A stretch of 64,000 nucleotides of DNA from Sphingomonadales bacterium (GCA_038246695.1 JBBRVR010000001.1:41553-105552), one strand, 5' to 3'; shown: positions 9,399 to 18,367, numbered from the stretch's first letter. The notes: generated by a model not told the origin, from the letters alone. Program-made: numbers and translations.

Positions 9399-9430
9399 GT
9401 ATCGCCGACGGTTCGAACCGGCGCCCGAGT

Positions 9431-9838
9431 TCAGCTGGCGATTTGCAGCGTTGCCTGATCGCTGCTCTCGTCTTTGGGCATTACGATCTTGGTCCCGTTC
9501 TTCGCCTGACGCTGGGCGTTGGGGGCAAAGCGGCCATCGACCTGCGCTCCCTGCTCGATCGTCAGCGCATCGTAATGGACATCGCCTTCGATCGTGGCGC
9601 TTTTGAGGATGGTGAGTTCGCGCGCGGTAATCGATCCGCTTACATGGCCCGAAAGCCGCGCCGTCTCCGCCATCACTGCGCCGCTGATCTTGCTGCTTTC
9701 GCCCTGCACCAGGCTGGAGCATTTGATGTCGCCATTGATGGTGCCGTCAACGTGCAGATCGGCCGACGCGCTGATATCGCCGGTGATGACCACGTCTGCG
9801 CCAATCACAGAGAACGTCGAACTTGTATTGCCTGCCAT
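9431..9838 (-). CDS. Bactofilin (polymer-forming cytoskeletal protein)
   Basis: ORF 9431..10081. The ATG at 9838 gives MAGNTSSTFSVIGADVVITGDISASADLHVDGTINGDIKCSSLVQGESSKISGAVMAETARLSGHVSGSITARELTILKSATIEGDVHYDALTIEQGAQVDG. This is the typical bactofilin beta-helix repeat pattern. Confidence 0.85.
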   Translation of the reverse strand: MAGNTSSTFSVIGADVVITGDISASADLHVDGTINGDIKCSSLVQGESSKISGAVMAETARLSGHVSGSITARELTILKSATIEGDVHYDALTIEQGAQVDGRFAPNAQRQAKNGTKIVMPKDESSDQATLQIAS

Positions 9839-9866
9839 GATCTTTCCCTGAGTGCTGGGTTGAATA

Positions 9867-11117
9867 TTAACGGCGGAGCGCTGTGGCGGTAAGCCGCTGC
9901 TGCTCGCCGGTTCCGCGGGCTTCTTTGAGAACATCGGGTGCGGTCTCCAGAAAAGGGCGCGGATCGACCGCGCGGTCATTGTTACGAACTTCGAAATGCA
10001 GATGCGGGCCGGTGGAGCGTCCGGTGCTGCCAAGCCCGCCGATCGTATCGCCTGCCTCGACTCTTTGACCCACTTTAGCACCGATTCGTGAAAGGTGAGC
10101 GTAGCGGGTCATCAGGCCATTGCCATGGGTAACTTCGACCACCTTGCCGTAACCTGATCGCCAGCCGGCATAGGACACCTTGCCCATTGCGGCGGCAAAG
10201 ATCGGTGATCCGTGCGCGCCCTTGAAATCGATGCCGCTGTGCATCGCACCGTTGCCGTTGAAGGGATCGCGGCGATAGCCAAAGCCCGAGGTAATTTTTT
10301 CGATACTGGCGGGCACCACTTGCGGAATACCCTTGAGCGCGCGTTCGAACGCAGCCATCCGCGCAAGGCTGAGGCCCATGCGTTCAAACCGTGGGTCGAG
10401 CGATCCGTCGGCCGATGTGGCGAGCAGTTCAAGCGGGCCGCCCATCGCCTGGGCCATCGCTTCGACGCCGAGCTGACGGGTTATGTTGCGCGGATCGAGC
10501 CGCAGCTTGCGCATTGCAGCTTCGGCGCGTTTCGCTCTCCAGTCGGCGTAGCGCGTGATCCGTTCGACAAAGGCGAGCTGGCGCGCCTCAATCTCGGCAA
10601 GGCCGCGCGCCTGCGGGAACATCGCGCCGACCTTTTCGACCGTCTTGGCCGTTTCCTTTGAGCTGTCGGTCACGTTGGTCCCGGCTTCGCGAATATCTTC
10701 GGGCAGCATTGGCAGCATCGCATCGAGCACTTCCTGCCGCGCGTTCAGATCATCGACCACACGGTCCATGTCGTTGCCGTAGGCTTTTATGCGTTGCTGC
10801 GCGGTGGCGACCTCGGCCTTTTCCTGCTCGAACGAGGCAAGGTTCGATTCGGCGCGATATTGGTTGAAAGCCATGACACAAAGCGCCGCGAGCCATATAA
10901 ACACAACCCCAACGGCAACGCCGGCGGCGGTCATCTGCAGTCGCGAAGAAATCTTGATGAAGCGGACCTGACCATCGGAACGCATAAAAAATTCGCGGTC
11001 AGGAAACCATCCACGCACACGTGCATTAAGCGTATGGAAGGTCCACGTTCGAGCGGATGAATTATCTGGCAAAGCGGCCCCGTCTTTTTTTGCGGTCGTT
11101 GGATGCGGCGCTACCAA
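9867..11117 (-). CDS. Membrane-anchored M23 (LytM-type) metallopeptidase, catalytic motifs intact
   Basis: 416 aa. An N-terminal TM segment (MTAAGVAVGVVFIWLAALCVMAF) and a coiled coil precede the C-terminal HSGIDFKG...GLGSTGRSTGPHLHFEVR (HxxxD and HxH). The TTG start at 11117 is uncertain; ATG 10985 is an alternative. Confidence 0.8.
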   Translation of the reverse strand: MVAPHPTTAKKDGAALPDNSSARTWTFHTLNARVRGWFPDREFFMRSDGQVRFIKISSRLQMTAAGVAVGVVFIWLAALCVMAFNQYRAESNLASFEQEKAEVATAQQRIKAYGNDMDRVVDDLNARQEVLDAMLPMLPEDIREAGTNVTDSSKETAKTVEKVGAMFPQARGLAEIEARQLAFVERITRYADWRAKRAEAAMRKLRLDPRNITRQLGVEAMAQAMGGPLELLATSADGSLDPRFERMGLSLARMAAFERALKGIPQVVPASIEKITSGFGYRRDPFNGNGAMHSGIDFKGAHGSPIFAAAMGKVSYAGWRSGYGKVVEVTHGNGLMTRYAHLSRIGAKVGQRVEAGDTIGGLGSTGRSTGPHLHFEVRNNDRAVDPRPFLETAPDVLKEARGTGEQQRLTATALRR

Positions 11118-11349
11118 GCCCTGACCGATGGGTCGAATCGGATGTCCGAGGTAACGGGCGAGTCGATCAATAATCGGGGTGAATGGTGCTTACGCGCGCA
11201 ATTGCCTTGCAAGTCATCGCCATCGCATTGCGCCCGGTGCGCGCATAATTGCGGGAATCGGCAATTCCCCTTGGGCGAATCGCTCTTGCCTTTTGGCACT
11301 TCAATCAGCCTGACAGCAGATTGATCCTCTGTTATTACCGGCAGCGATC

Positions 11350-12636
11350 ATGAACGCGTTAACCCCCACTCTTCCCGGACTGATGAAAGATGCAGCGACG
11401 CTTGTTGCCGATCTGGCGCAGGCCGGACGCCGCGCGCAGCGTGAGCTTGCGCTGATGGCGGGTGGCGCGCGCGCAACAGCGCTGATGCTGGCCGCCGAAA
11501 GCCTGCGTGCCAATATGCCGATGATCCTTGCCGCCAATGCCCGCGATCTGGAGGAGGCCACGGCAAACGGTCTTTCCGCCGCCATGCAAGATCGGCTGGC
11601 GCTGGATGCAGCGCGGCTCGAAGCGATTGCCTGTGCAATTGAAACGGTGGCGGGCCTGCCCGATCCGGTCGGCATGGTGATCGACCGGACAACGCGCCCC
11701 AATGGCCTTGAACTGTCGCGGGTGCGCGTGCCGATCGGGCTGATCGGAATTATCTACGAAAGTCGCCCGAACGTAACCGCAGACGCTGCCGCGCTGGGCG
11801 TGCGCGCTGGCAATGCAGTGCTGTTGCGCGGGGGCAGCGAGGCGGTGCATTCCAATCGCGCAATCCACGCCAGTTTTGTCGCCGGGCTTTCGCAGGGGGG
11901 CGTACCTTCGGATGCCGTACAATTGCTGCCGACGCAGGACCGCGCGGCCGTGGGCGCGATGTTGGCGGCGGCGGGCCTCATCGACATGATCGTGCCGCGC
12001 GGGGGCAAGGGACTGGTCGAGCGCGTGCAGGCCGATGCGCGCGTGCCGGTGCTGGCGCATCTCGACGGGGTCAATCACACGTATATCCATGCTGCTGCCG
12101 ATCCGGCGATGGCGCGCGACATCGCGCTCAATGCCAAACTGCGCCGCACCGGCATTTGCGGCGCGATGGAGACGTTGCTGATCGACCGCGACTTTGGCGA
12201 CGCGCCCGCGCTCATACAGGCGTTGCTGGATGCCGGGTGCGAACTGCGCGGCGATGCGGTTGTGGCGGGCCTGGACCCGCGCGTCGTCGTGGCCAGTGCG
12301 CAGGACTGGGACACCGAATATCTCGACAGCGTCCTTTCGGTCGCGATCGTGGACGGACCGGATGCAGGGCTGGCGCATATTGCGCGCCATTCCTCGGGTC
12401 ATACCGATGCGATCGTCACCGCTGATGATGCGGTCGCAGAAAGGTTTCTGGCGCAGGTCGACAGCGCCATCGTGATGCACAACGCCTCGAGCCAGTTTGC
12501 CGATGGCGGCGAATTCGGGCTGGGCGCTGAGATCGGCATCGCCACCGGTCGCCTGCATGCGCGCGGCCCGGTCGCGCTGGAGGGGCTGACGACCTACAAA
12601 TGGCTGGTGCGCGGCACCGGTCAGACCCGGCTATAG
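11350..12636 (+). CDS. proA: Glutamate-5-semialdehyde dehydrogenase (gamma-glutamyl phosphate reductase)
   Basis: 428 aa. Supporting motifs are IGLIGIIYESRPNVTADAAALGVRAGNAVLLRGGSEA and RRTGICGAMETLLI (catalytic Cys). Confidence 0.9.
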   Translation: MNALTPTLPGLMKDAATLVADLAQAGRRAQRELALMAGGARATALMLAAESLRANMPMILAANARDLEEATANGLSAAMQDRLALDAARLEAIACAIETVAGLPDPVGMVIDRTTRPNGLELSRVRVPIGLIGIIYESRPNVTADAAALGVRAGNAVLLRGGSEAVHSNRAIHASFVAGLSQGGVPSDAVQLLPTQDRAAVGAMLAAAGLIDMIVPRGGKGLVERVQADARVPVLAHLDGVNHTYIHAAADPAMARDIALNAKLRRTGICGAMETLLIDRDFGDAPALIQALLDAGCELRGDAVVAGLDPRVVVASAQDWDTEYLDSVLSVAIVDGPDAGLAHIARHSSGHTDAIVTADDAVAERFLAQVDSAIVMHNASSQFADGGEFGLGAEIGIATGRLHARGPVALEGLTTYKWLVRGTGQTRL

Positions 12637-12663
12637 GGCGCTGGCAAAGGTCCACCCTGACGC

Positions 12664-13347
12664 ATGACGCACATTCCCCGCCGCATCGGACTGCTCGGCG
12701 GCAGCTTCAACCCCGCGCATGGCGGGCATCGCCGCATCACCCGATTCGCAATAGACGCTCTGGGGCTGGATCAGGCGTGGTGGCTGGTCTCTCCCGGCAA
12801 CCCGCTGAAACCGCGCGCAGGCATGGCGAGCCTCGAAGCGCGGCTCAAATCGGCGCGGGCTCAGGCTCGCCGCGCGCCGATAGTGCCGACAGCGATCGAG
12901 CAGTATCTGGGCACGCGATACACCGTCGATACCCTGAAGACGCTGCGCCGCCGCTATCCCAAACGGCAGTTCGTGTGGCTGATGGGAGCGGACAATCTGG
13001 CCGAATTTCACCTCTGGAAGGACTGGCGCGATATCGCCCGCACCATGCCGATTGCAGTGATCGCCCGGCCCGGCTATAACGCAGCTGCCATGACGAGCCC
13101 CGCCATGGCCTGGCTCAGGCGCTATCGGGTGTCTGCCGCCAGCTTTCGCAAAACGGGGCAATGGAGCGCACCGGCACTGGTGTTTTTGCGTTTCGATCCG
13201 GACCATCGCTCGGCCACGGCCATCCGCCGTGCCAATTCCGATTGGGCCGCCGAAATTACCGGAGACGACCAGCGCGCCTCCGGTAACGAAGCAGTGTTGC
13301 GCGACCGGTTAACTTTCCGTCGCATCTCAGGACGGCAGCACACATGA
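12664..13347 (+). CDS. nadD: Nicotinate-nucleotide adenylyltransferase
   Basis: The motifs RIGLLGGSFNPAHGGH (HxGH) and WLMGADNLAEFHLWKDW are present, and the gene lies in the conserved nadD-rsfS-rlmH order. Confidence 0.85.
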   Translation: MTHIPRRIGLLGGSFNPAHGGHRRITRFAIDALGLDQAWWLVSPGNPLKPRAGMASLEARLKSARAQARRAPIVPTAIEQYLGTRYTVDTLKTLRRRYPKRQFVWLMGADNLAEFHLWKDWRDIARTMPIAVIARPGYNAAAMTSPAMAWLRRYRVSAASFRKTGQWSAPALVFLRFDPDHRSATAIRRANSDWAAEITGDDQRASGNEAVLRDRLTFRRISGRQHT

Positions 13348-13431
13348 GGCGGTCTGTCTCAACACGTGTTGCCTTGCCCTGCGATTGGTGCATCCCATAT
13401 TCCACCTGTCCCGAATTCTGGAGAAGTTTAC

Positions 13432-13851
13432 TTGCCCGCTACACAGGCACATACTGGCGCGATCTTGAGCGCCGCTGCAAAGGTACCGCCATCGATGGCA
13501 GCTGATATGAACGATGATGACCTGCACGCTCTCGTGCTGGCACAGCTTGAAGATGATCAGGCGCTCGATGTGGTTTCGATCCCGCTGGAGGGCAAAAGCT
13601 CGATCGCTGATTACATGGTGATCGCCAGCGGACGCTCGACCAGGCAGGTCGCCTCAATGGCGCAAAAACTGGCCGAAAAGGTCAAGCAGGCGGGTCACGG
13701 CCCGGTGCGCGTCGAAGGTCTGCCCACGGCGGACTGGGTGCTGATCGATGCCGGCGATGTTGTCGTCCACCTGTTCCGCCCGGAAGTGCGCACCTTCTAC
13801 AACCTTGAGCGTATGTGGTCGTTCGAGAGCGGAGAAGTTGTGGCGTCTTAG
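13432..13851 (+). CDS. rsfS: Ribosome silencing factor RsfS
   Basis: ORF 13366..13851. The core sequence is LEDDQALDVVSIPLEGKSSIADYMVIASGRSTRQVASMAQKL...DWVLIDAGDVVVHLFRPEVRTFYNLERMW. I propose the TTG at 13432, 7 nt after GGAGAA. ATG 13495 is an alternative. Confidence 0.8.
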   Translation: MPATQAHTGAILSAAAKVPPSMAADMNDDDLHALVLAQLEDDQALDVVSIPLEGKSSIADYMVIASGRSTRQVASMAQKLAEKVKQAGHGPVRVEGLPTADWVLIDAGDVVVHLFRPEVRTFYNLERMWSFESGEVVAS

Positions 13852-13856
13852 TGTTT

Positions 13857-14105
13857 CGCAGCGCATCCGCGTTGCGTCCTCGGTGCTGTTCCCTGCGCTT
13901 CGCTACGGGGCACCTGTGGGCGGGCAGTCGCCCTTGCGGCGGCGTTGCCGCCGTATTCCGTCAAGGCCAGGTAGTCCGTCAAGGCCAACTCGGTTACTCT
14001 TCTTCGGACCCGAGAGGGTCCGCAAGCCCTCCCCGGGGCCCGCAGCGCCGCAGGCGCGAGGAGACCTCACCCCGGATGGGGTGCGAAACCAACAAGGACA
14101 CCCAC
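13857..14105. other. GC-rich, hairpin-dense intergenic element (unclassified structured RNA or REP/MITE-like insert)
   Basis: At least six stem-loops are visible. They are 13857-13876, 13882-13914, 13918-13933, 13936-13954 (ggcggc-gtt-gccgcc), 14005-14022 (cggaccc-GAGA-gggtccg) and 14068-14083 (cacccc-ggat-ggggtg). There is also an 18-bp-spaced direct repeat tccgtcaaggcca (13957 and 13975). The ORFs across it are R/P/G-rich nonsense. Confidence 0.45.
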
Positions 14106-14109
14106 CGCC

Positions 14110-14529
14110 ATTCTCCTCCACATCATCGCTCGCGGAAAGATTGCCCGCTCGCCCGAGGGGGATCTGGTTGCGCGCTATGAAAAGCGCCTGCAATGGCCGG
14201 TGAAGATCACCGAACTGCCGGAGACAGGCGGGCGCATCCCCGAACCCCTCACCCCGCACAAAACCGTGCTGCTGGATGAGCGCGGCACCGCCATGGGATC
14301 AGAGGATTTCGCGCATCTGCTGGACCAATGGCGCGATACCGGCACGCGAGAGGCGCGCTTTGTGCTGGGCGCGGCGGATGGGCATTCCGCTGATGATCGC
14401 GCCGAGGCCGACCTGCTGCTGGCCTTTGGCCCGGCGACCTGGCCGCACCTGCTGGCGCGCGCGATGCTGATGGAACAGCTTTATCGGGCGTCCAGCATCC
14501 TTGCCGGGCACCCCTATCACCGTTCGTGA
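14110..14529 (+). CDS. rlmH: 23S rRNA (pseudouridine1915-N3)-methyltransferase RlmH, apparently with a non-canonical ATT start
   Basis: The track ORF starts at internal GTG 14200, but the same frame upstream reads ILLHIIARGKIARSPEGDLVARYEKRLQWPVKITELPE. This aligns with the RlmH N-terminus (E. coli MKLQLVAVG). The C-terminus reads PHLLARAMLMEQLYRASSILAGHPYHR. No in-frame ATG, GTG or TTG occurs between the TAG at 13972 and 14200. Confidence 0.75.
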   Translation: MLLHIIARGKIARSPEGDLVARYEKRLQWPVKITELPETGGRIPEPLTPHKTVLLDERGTAMGSEDFAHLLDQWRDTGTREARFVLGAADGHSADDRAEADLLLAFGPATWPHLLARAMLMEQLYRASSILAGHPYHRS

Positions 14530-14550
14530 AACTGAGGCATAACCTGGCCC

Positions 14551-15828
14551 ATGCCGCGCCGCCCGATCCTGCTTTGCACTAGCGTGCTTGCCGCTCTCGC
14601 CGCGCTCACCGTCGCCGTGCCCCAGAGCGAGGCGCAGCGCGCAGTCGCGATCATGGCGCCTGACGAGGCGCGGGCACAGCTTCAAAGCGCCACGCGGGAA
14701 AGCGCGCGCGCCGAAGCGCGGGCCGAAAGGTTTACGCGCGCAGCCGAAGACGCGAATGAGGCCGCTGCCCGAACTGCCAGCGAAGCCGCCGCGATGGCTG
14801 CTCAAATCCAGCAATCCGAAGCCGACATTGCCGCGGCCCGCGCGCGCTTTTCCCTTGCACAGGGTGCCCGCGCGCAGCTCGCCCGCAAATTGTCGGCGCG
14901 CCAGGAACCGCTGGTACGCCTTACCGCCGCGTTGCAGACCAGCGCGCGCCGCCCGCTTGCCCTGTCCGCCCTGCAACCCGGATCGCTCAAGGATCTTGTC
15001 TATGTGCGCGCCGTGCTCGACAGCGCGGTGCCGCAGATTCGCAAGCGCACGGCGGGCCTGCGCAGCGAGCTTGACCAGGGCCGCAGGCTCGAGCGCCGCG
15101 CCCGCCGCGCGCTGGCGCAGCTTGGCGCGAGCGAACGCGAATTGCAGACGCGGCGCGATGATCTGGCCGCGCTTGAAACCCGGCAACGCATTGCCTCGCG
15201 CGATGCGCGCGGCAATGCGTTGCGCGAAGAGGAGCGCGCGCTGGCGCTGGCAGAGGAGGCGCGCGATCTCGATGGCTTGATGGACAAGCTGGACCGCAAC
15301 GCGGCGCTGCGGCGGGAACTCGCTGCCCTGCCGGGGCCGATGCTGCGACCCGCGGGACTGGCGTCGGGACAGGCGGGACAGGCGGGACAGGCAAGGGGCC
15401 GCGCCGTCGCGCTCGAACCCGACGACGATCCCGCGCCGCGCCCTGCTGCGACGAGCACGGGTGCGCCGAGCGATTTCCAGCTCCCCGTGCGGGGCCGCAC
15501 AATCAGCGGATTTGGTCAGCGGCGCGCCAGCGGCCAGCGATCGCGCGGGCTTATGCTGGGTCCGATGGCAGGCGCGCAGATCGTCGCCCCGGCCGCCGGG
15601 CGGATTGCGTTTTCCGGGCGGTATGAGGGGTTCGGGCGAATCGTCATCATCGAACACGATGGCGGGTGGACCACTCTGCTTACCGGCCTTGCCCGCGCCG
15701 ATGTGCAGGTGGGGGAAAGCGTGATCGGGGGCACGCCGCTGGGGGTGGCCGGCGGGGAGGGGCCGATGATCGGCATCGAACTGCGTAGAAATGGCGAACC
15801 GGTCAACCCACTCGATTACCTGAGATAA
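14551..15828 (+). CDS. EnvC-like murein hydrolase activator (coiled coil plus degenerate LytM domain)
   Basis: A signal peptide (MPRRPILLCTSVLAALAALTVAVPQSEAQ) is followed by a long Q/A/R-rich coiled coil. The C-terminal LytM fold lacks HxH (IGIELRRNGEPVNP). It contains a GQAGQAGQA repeat. Confidence 0.75.
   Translation: MPRRPILLCTSVLAALAALTVAVPQSEAQRAVAIMAPDEARAQLQSATRESARAEARAERFTRAAEDANEAAARTASEAAAMAAQIQQSEADIAAARARFSLAQGARAQLARKLSARQEPLVRLTAALQTSARRPLALSALQPGSLKDLVYVRAVLDSAVPQIRKRTAGLRSELDQGRRLERRARRALAQLGASERELQTRRDDLAALETRQRIASRDARGNALREEERALALAEEARDLDGLMDKLDRNAALRRELAALPGPMLRPAGLASGQAGQAGQARGRAVALEPDDDPAPRPAATSTGAPSDFQLPVRGRTISGFGQRRASGQRSRGLMLGPMAGAQIVAPAAGRIAFSGRYEGFGRIVIIEHDGGWTTLLTGLARADVQVGESVIGGTPLGVAGGEGPMIGIELRRNGEPVNPLDYLR
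15366..15392. repeat. 9-bp tandem repeat x3 (gggacaggc) inside the envC-like gene
   Basis: Three perfect copies at 15366, 15375 and 15384 encode GQAGQAGQA. Confidence 0.9.
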
Positions 15829-15984
15829 TTCGCTGAAACCGTTGCGGCGCGCAGGCCGTATCTGTTGGCACGTTTGCGATATGCTGACCCGCTGCACGAC
15901 GCGCCCGGTCACCTGTCTCGTTCTCATCTGGCGTTCACGTGCACGAGCCTATATAAATGCGTTGAAAAGGAGCCTTCCCACCTC

Positions 15985-17352
15985 ATGAAAATTGCCAGCA
16001 AGCGCCTGACCGGCCCCCGTCTCGCAAAATTTGCCAGTGCCGCTGCGCTGGTGACGGCGGTTGCCCTGATTCCCGCCACCACCGCGACGATGGCGCAGGT
16101 CGATGGCCAGGCCGGACCTGAATTTTCCAAGCTGTTCGCAACCTATCAGCGGATCAAGGCAAGCTATGTCGAGGAAGTCAGCGACGAAGTGCTGGTGCGC
16201 GGCGCGATTGACGGGATGCTGGCCGCGCTCGATCCGCATTCGAGCTATCTCGATGGGAGCGATCTGCAACGCCTCGAAACGATGATCGACGGCAATTATT
16301 CGGGCCTTGGTCTGTCGGTCGTGATGGAGGATGGCGCGGTCAAGGTTATCTCTCCGTTCCGCGGCTCGCCGGCGGATGAGGCGGGCATCAAGGCAGGCGA
16401 TTTCATCACCCATCTGGATGGCAAGCTGATTTACGGCGGCGAACTTGACGATGCCGTTGCGCAGATGCGCGGCAAGGCGGGCACTTCGATCGAGCTGACA
16501 ATTTTCCGCCCCGGACGCGACCAACCGTTCGATGTTGCCGTGACGCGCGGCGTGATCGAGCTGGAGCCGGTCACGTTCGAATTGATGCCCGGCAATATCG
16601 GCCACATCAGCGTCAATGAATTTTCCGCTGACGTGGGCGCAGATGTGTTCAATGCGTGGCGCAAGATGCAGGAAGAGGCGACCGGCCGGATGAACGGTCT
16701 GGTGCTCGATCTGCGGTCCAATCCGGGCGGCAGTCTGGATGAGGCCGTGGCGCTTTCCGATCTGTTCCTGAGCAAGGGCCGGATCGTGTCGCAGCGCGGC
16801 CGTGCGCGCGGCGAAACGCTGCTTTACGATGCCGAGGAAGTGTTCCGCGGCGACATGGCCGAAGGCATACCGATGATCGTGCTGATCGATGCGGGCTCTG
16901 CATCGGCATCTGAAATTGTCGCGGGCGCGTTGCAGGATCACCGCCGCGCGCTGATCATGGGCGATCGCAGCTTTGGTAAGGGATCGGTCCAGTCGCTGTT
17001 GCCGCTGGGCCGCGACGCCGCGCTGAAACTGACGACCGCGCGCTATTTCACGCCGAATGGCAATTCGGTGCAGGAAGGCGGGATCAAGCCTGATATCCCG
17101 GTGCCGCAGCTGTCCGATCCGGACCGCGCCCTGCGCCAGAAATTCCAGACGCGCGAGAGCGATCTGCGCGGCCATCTGATCAACGAATTGGGGATCAAGG
17201 ATGAGGAACTGGAAGCCGACAAGGTAGAGGATCCGCGCTTCCAGCTGACATCCGAGCAGTTGGAGGAGCAGGGGATCAAGGATTTCCAGCTGCATTACGC
17301 GCTCGAAACCCTGCGCCGCACGACCAAAAGCTCCGTGGCGCTGCGCCGGTAA
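15985..17352 (+). CDS. ctpA: S41 family carboxy-terminal processing peptidase
   Basis: ORF 15865..17352. ATG 15985 gives MKIASKRLTGPRLAKFASAAALVTAVALIPATTATMAQ (signal peptide). A PDZ region (GLGLSVVMEDGAVKVISPFRGSPADEAGIKAGD) is present, as are the catalytic GSASASEIVAGAL and SFGKGSVQ. Confidence 0.85.
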   Translation: MKIASKRLTGPRLAKFASAAALVTAVALIPATTATMAQVDGQAGPEFSKLFATYQRIKASYVEEVSDEVLVRGAIDGMLAALDPHSSYLDGSDLQRLETMIDGNYSGLGLSVVMEDGAVKVISPFRGSPADEAGIKAGDFITHLDGKLIYGGELDDAVAQMRGKAGTSIELTIFRPGRDQPFDVAVTRGVIELEPVTFELMPGNIGHISVNEFSADVGADVFNAWRKMQEEATGRMNGLVLDLRSNPGGSLDEAVALSDLFLSKGRIVSQRGRARGETLLYDAEEVFRGDMAEGIPMIVLIDAGSASASEIVAGALQDHRRALIMGDRSFGKGSVQSLLPLGRDAALKLTTARYFTPNGNSVQEGGIKPDIPVPQLSDPDRALRQKFQTRESDLRGHLINELGIKDEELEADKVEDPRFQLTSEQLEEQGIKDFQLHYALETLRRTTKSSVALRR

Positions 17353-17370
17353 GGTTTTCGGGGCGCATCC

Positions 17371-17835
17371 ATGACTAAACTGAATGCAGCCAGATTGCTG
17401 GCATTGGCGCTGCCTGCGGGACTGCTGGCAGGCGCGTATATCGGGCAATATGTCTTCGGGCTGTACCCGTGCGAGATGTGCTGGTGGCAACGCTGGCCAC
17501 ATTTCGCCGCGCTCGGCCTCGCGCTGCTCGCCTTTATCGCTCCGCCACCGCGATTGTGGATCGGACTGGCGGCGCTGGCGGTGATCGTGTCCGGCGTAAT
17601 CGGCGGATTTCATGCCGGCGTCGAATACGGCTGGTGGGAAGGGATCACCGGCTGCGCGACAATGGCCGGTGTCGATGTGATGAACCCGGCCTCCGCTCCG
17701 CTGATCCGGTGCGACGTTGCGCCGTGGGATCTTTTCGGAATATCGCTGGCGGGCTGGAACTTCCTCTTTTCGGTGGGCGGCGGGATCACCATCTTGGCTC
17801 TGATGTTACCATCAAAGGGCGCAACAAAGGGCTAA
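17371..17835 (+). CDS. dsbB: Disulfide bond formation protein B family
   Basis: 154 aa with 4 predicted TM segments. The CxxC motif is in YPCEMCWWQRWPHF, and a second Cys pair is GCATMAG...IRCD. Confidence 0.7.
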   Translation: MTKLNAARLLALALPAGLLAGAYIGQYVFGLYPCEMCWWQRWPHFAALGLALLAFIAPPPRLWIGLAALAVIVSGVIGGFHAGVEYGWWEGITGCATMAGVDVMNPASAPLIRCDVAPWDLFGISLAGWNFLFSVGGGITILALMLPSKGATKG

Positions 17836-17839
17836 TGTA

Positions 17840-18361
17840 ATGGAACGCGACGAAATTCACCGGATGATCCGGGTCGACCAGGCGGGCGAATTCGGCGCAA
17901 CGCGCATATACGAAGGCCAGCTTGCGGTGATGGGCGAACGCGGTCCGCACTCTGCCGAAATCCGACACATGGCCGAAGACGAGGCCGCGCATCGCCGCGA
18001 ATTCGATGAATTCATGGCAAAGCGCCGGGTGCGTCCCACCGTGCTGCATCCGATATGGTCCGCTGCGGGCTATGCGCTGGGCGCGGGCACGGCCCTGCTG
18101 GGGCCCGAAGCCGCAATGGCCTGCACCGCCGCTGTCGAGGAAGAGATTGATCGGCACTATACCGAACAGCTGGAACGCCTGCGTGAAACCGGCTCGGACC
18201 CCGAACTGGCCGACATGATCGAACGCTTCCGCGAGGAAGAGCGCGAACACCGTGACGCAGCACTCGCCAATGGGGCGGAAAATGCGCCCGCCTATTCACT
18301 GCTCGCCGGGGCGATCCGGCTGGGCTGTCGCCTCGCGATCAAGGTAAGCGAACGGGTCTGA
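17840..18361 (+). CDS. coq7: Demethoxyubiquinone hydroxylase (COQ7 family di-iron carboxylate protein)
   Basis: The sequence is MERDEIHRMIRVDQAGEFGATRIYEGQLAV...AEDEAAHRREF...EEEIDRHY...FREEEREHRD. The repeated ExxH motifs are present. Confidence 0.85.
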   Translation: MERDEIHRMIRVDQAGEFGATRIYEGQLAVMGERGPHSAEIRHMAEDEAAHRREFDEFMAKRRVRPTVLHPIWSAAGYALGAGTALLGPEAAMACTAAVEEEIDRHYTEQLERLRETGSDPELADMIERFREEEREHRDAALANGAENAPAYSLLAGAIRLGCRLAIKVSERV

Positions 18362-18367
18362 ACCCGC

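Noticed and set aside
11194-11268. The GCAATTGC palindrome and related GCGCGCA(TA)ATTGC repeats in the divergent M23/proA intergenic region.
   Set aside because: These are short, imperfect motifs in a GC-rich spacer, and no known operator consensus is recognised. I list it only as a possible regulator site, not as a supported feature.
13815-14259. ORFs 13815..14180 (+), 13748..14203 (+) and 13903..14259 (-) crossing the rsfS-rlmH spacer.
   Set aside because: The translations are low-complexity R/P/G/S-rich strings with no domain. They overlap the genuine rlmH N-terminal coding region. The spacer is better explained as structured non-coding DNA or RNA.
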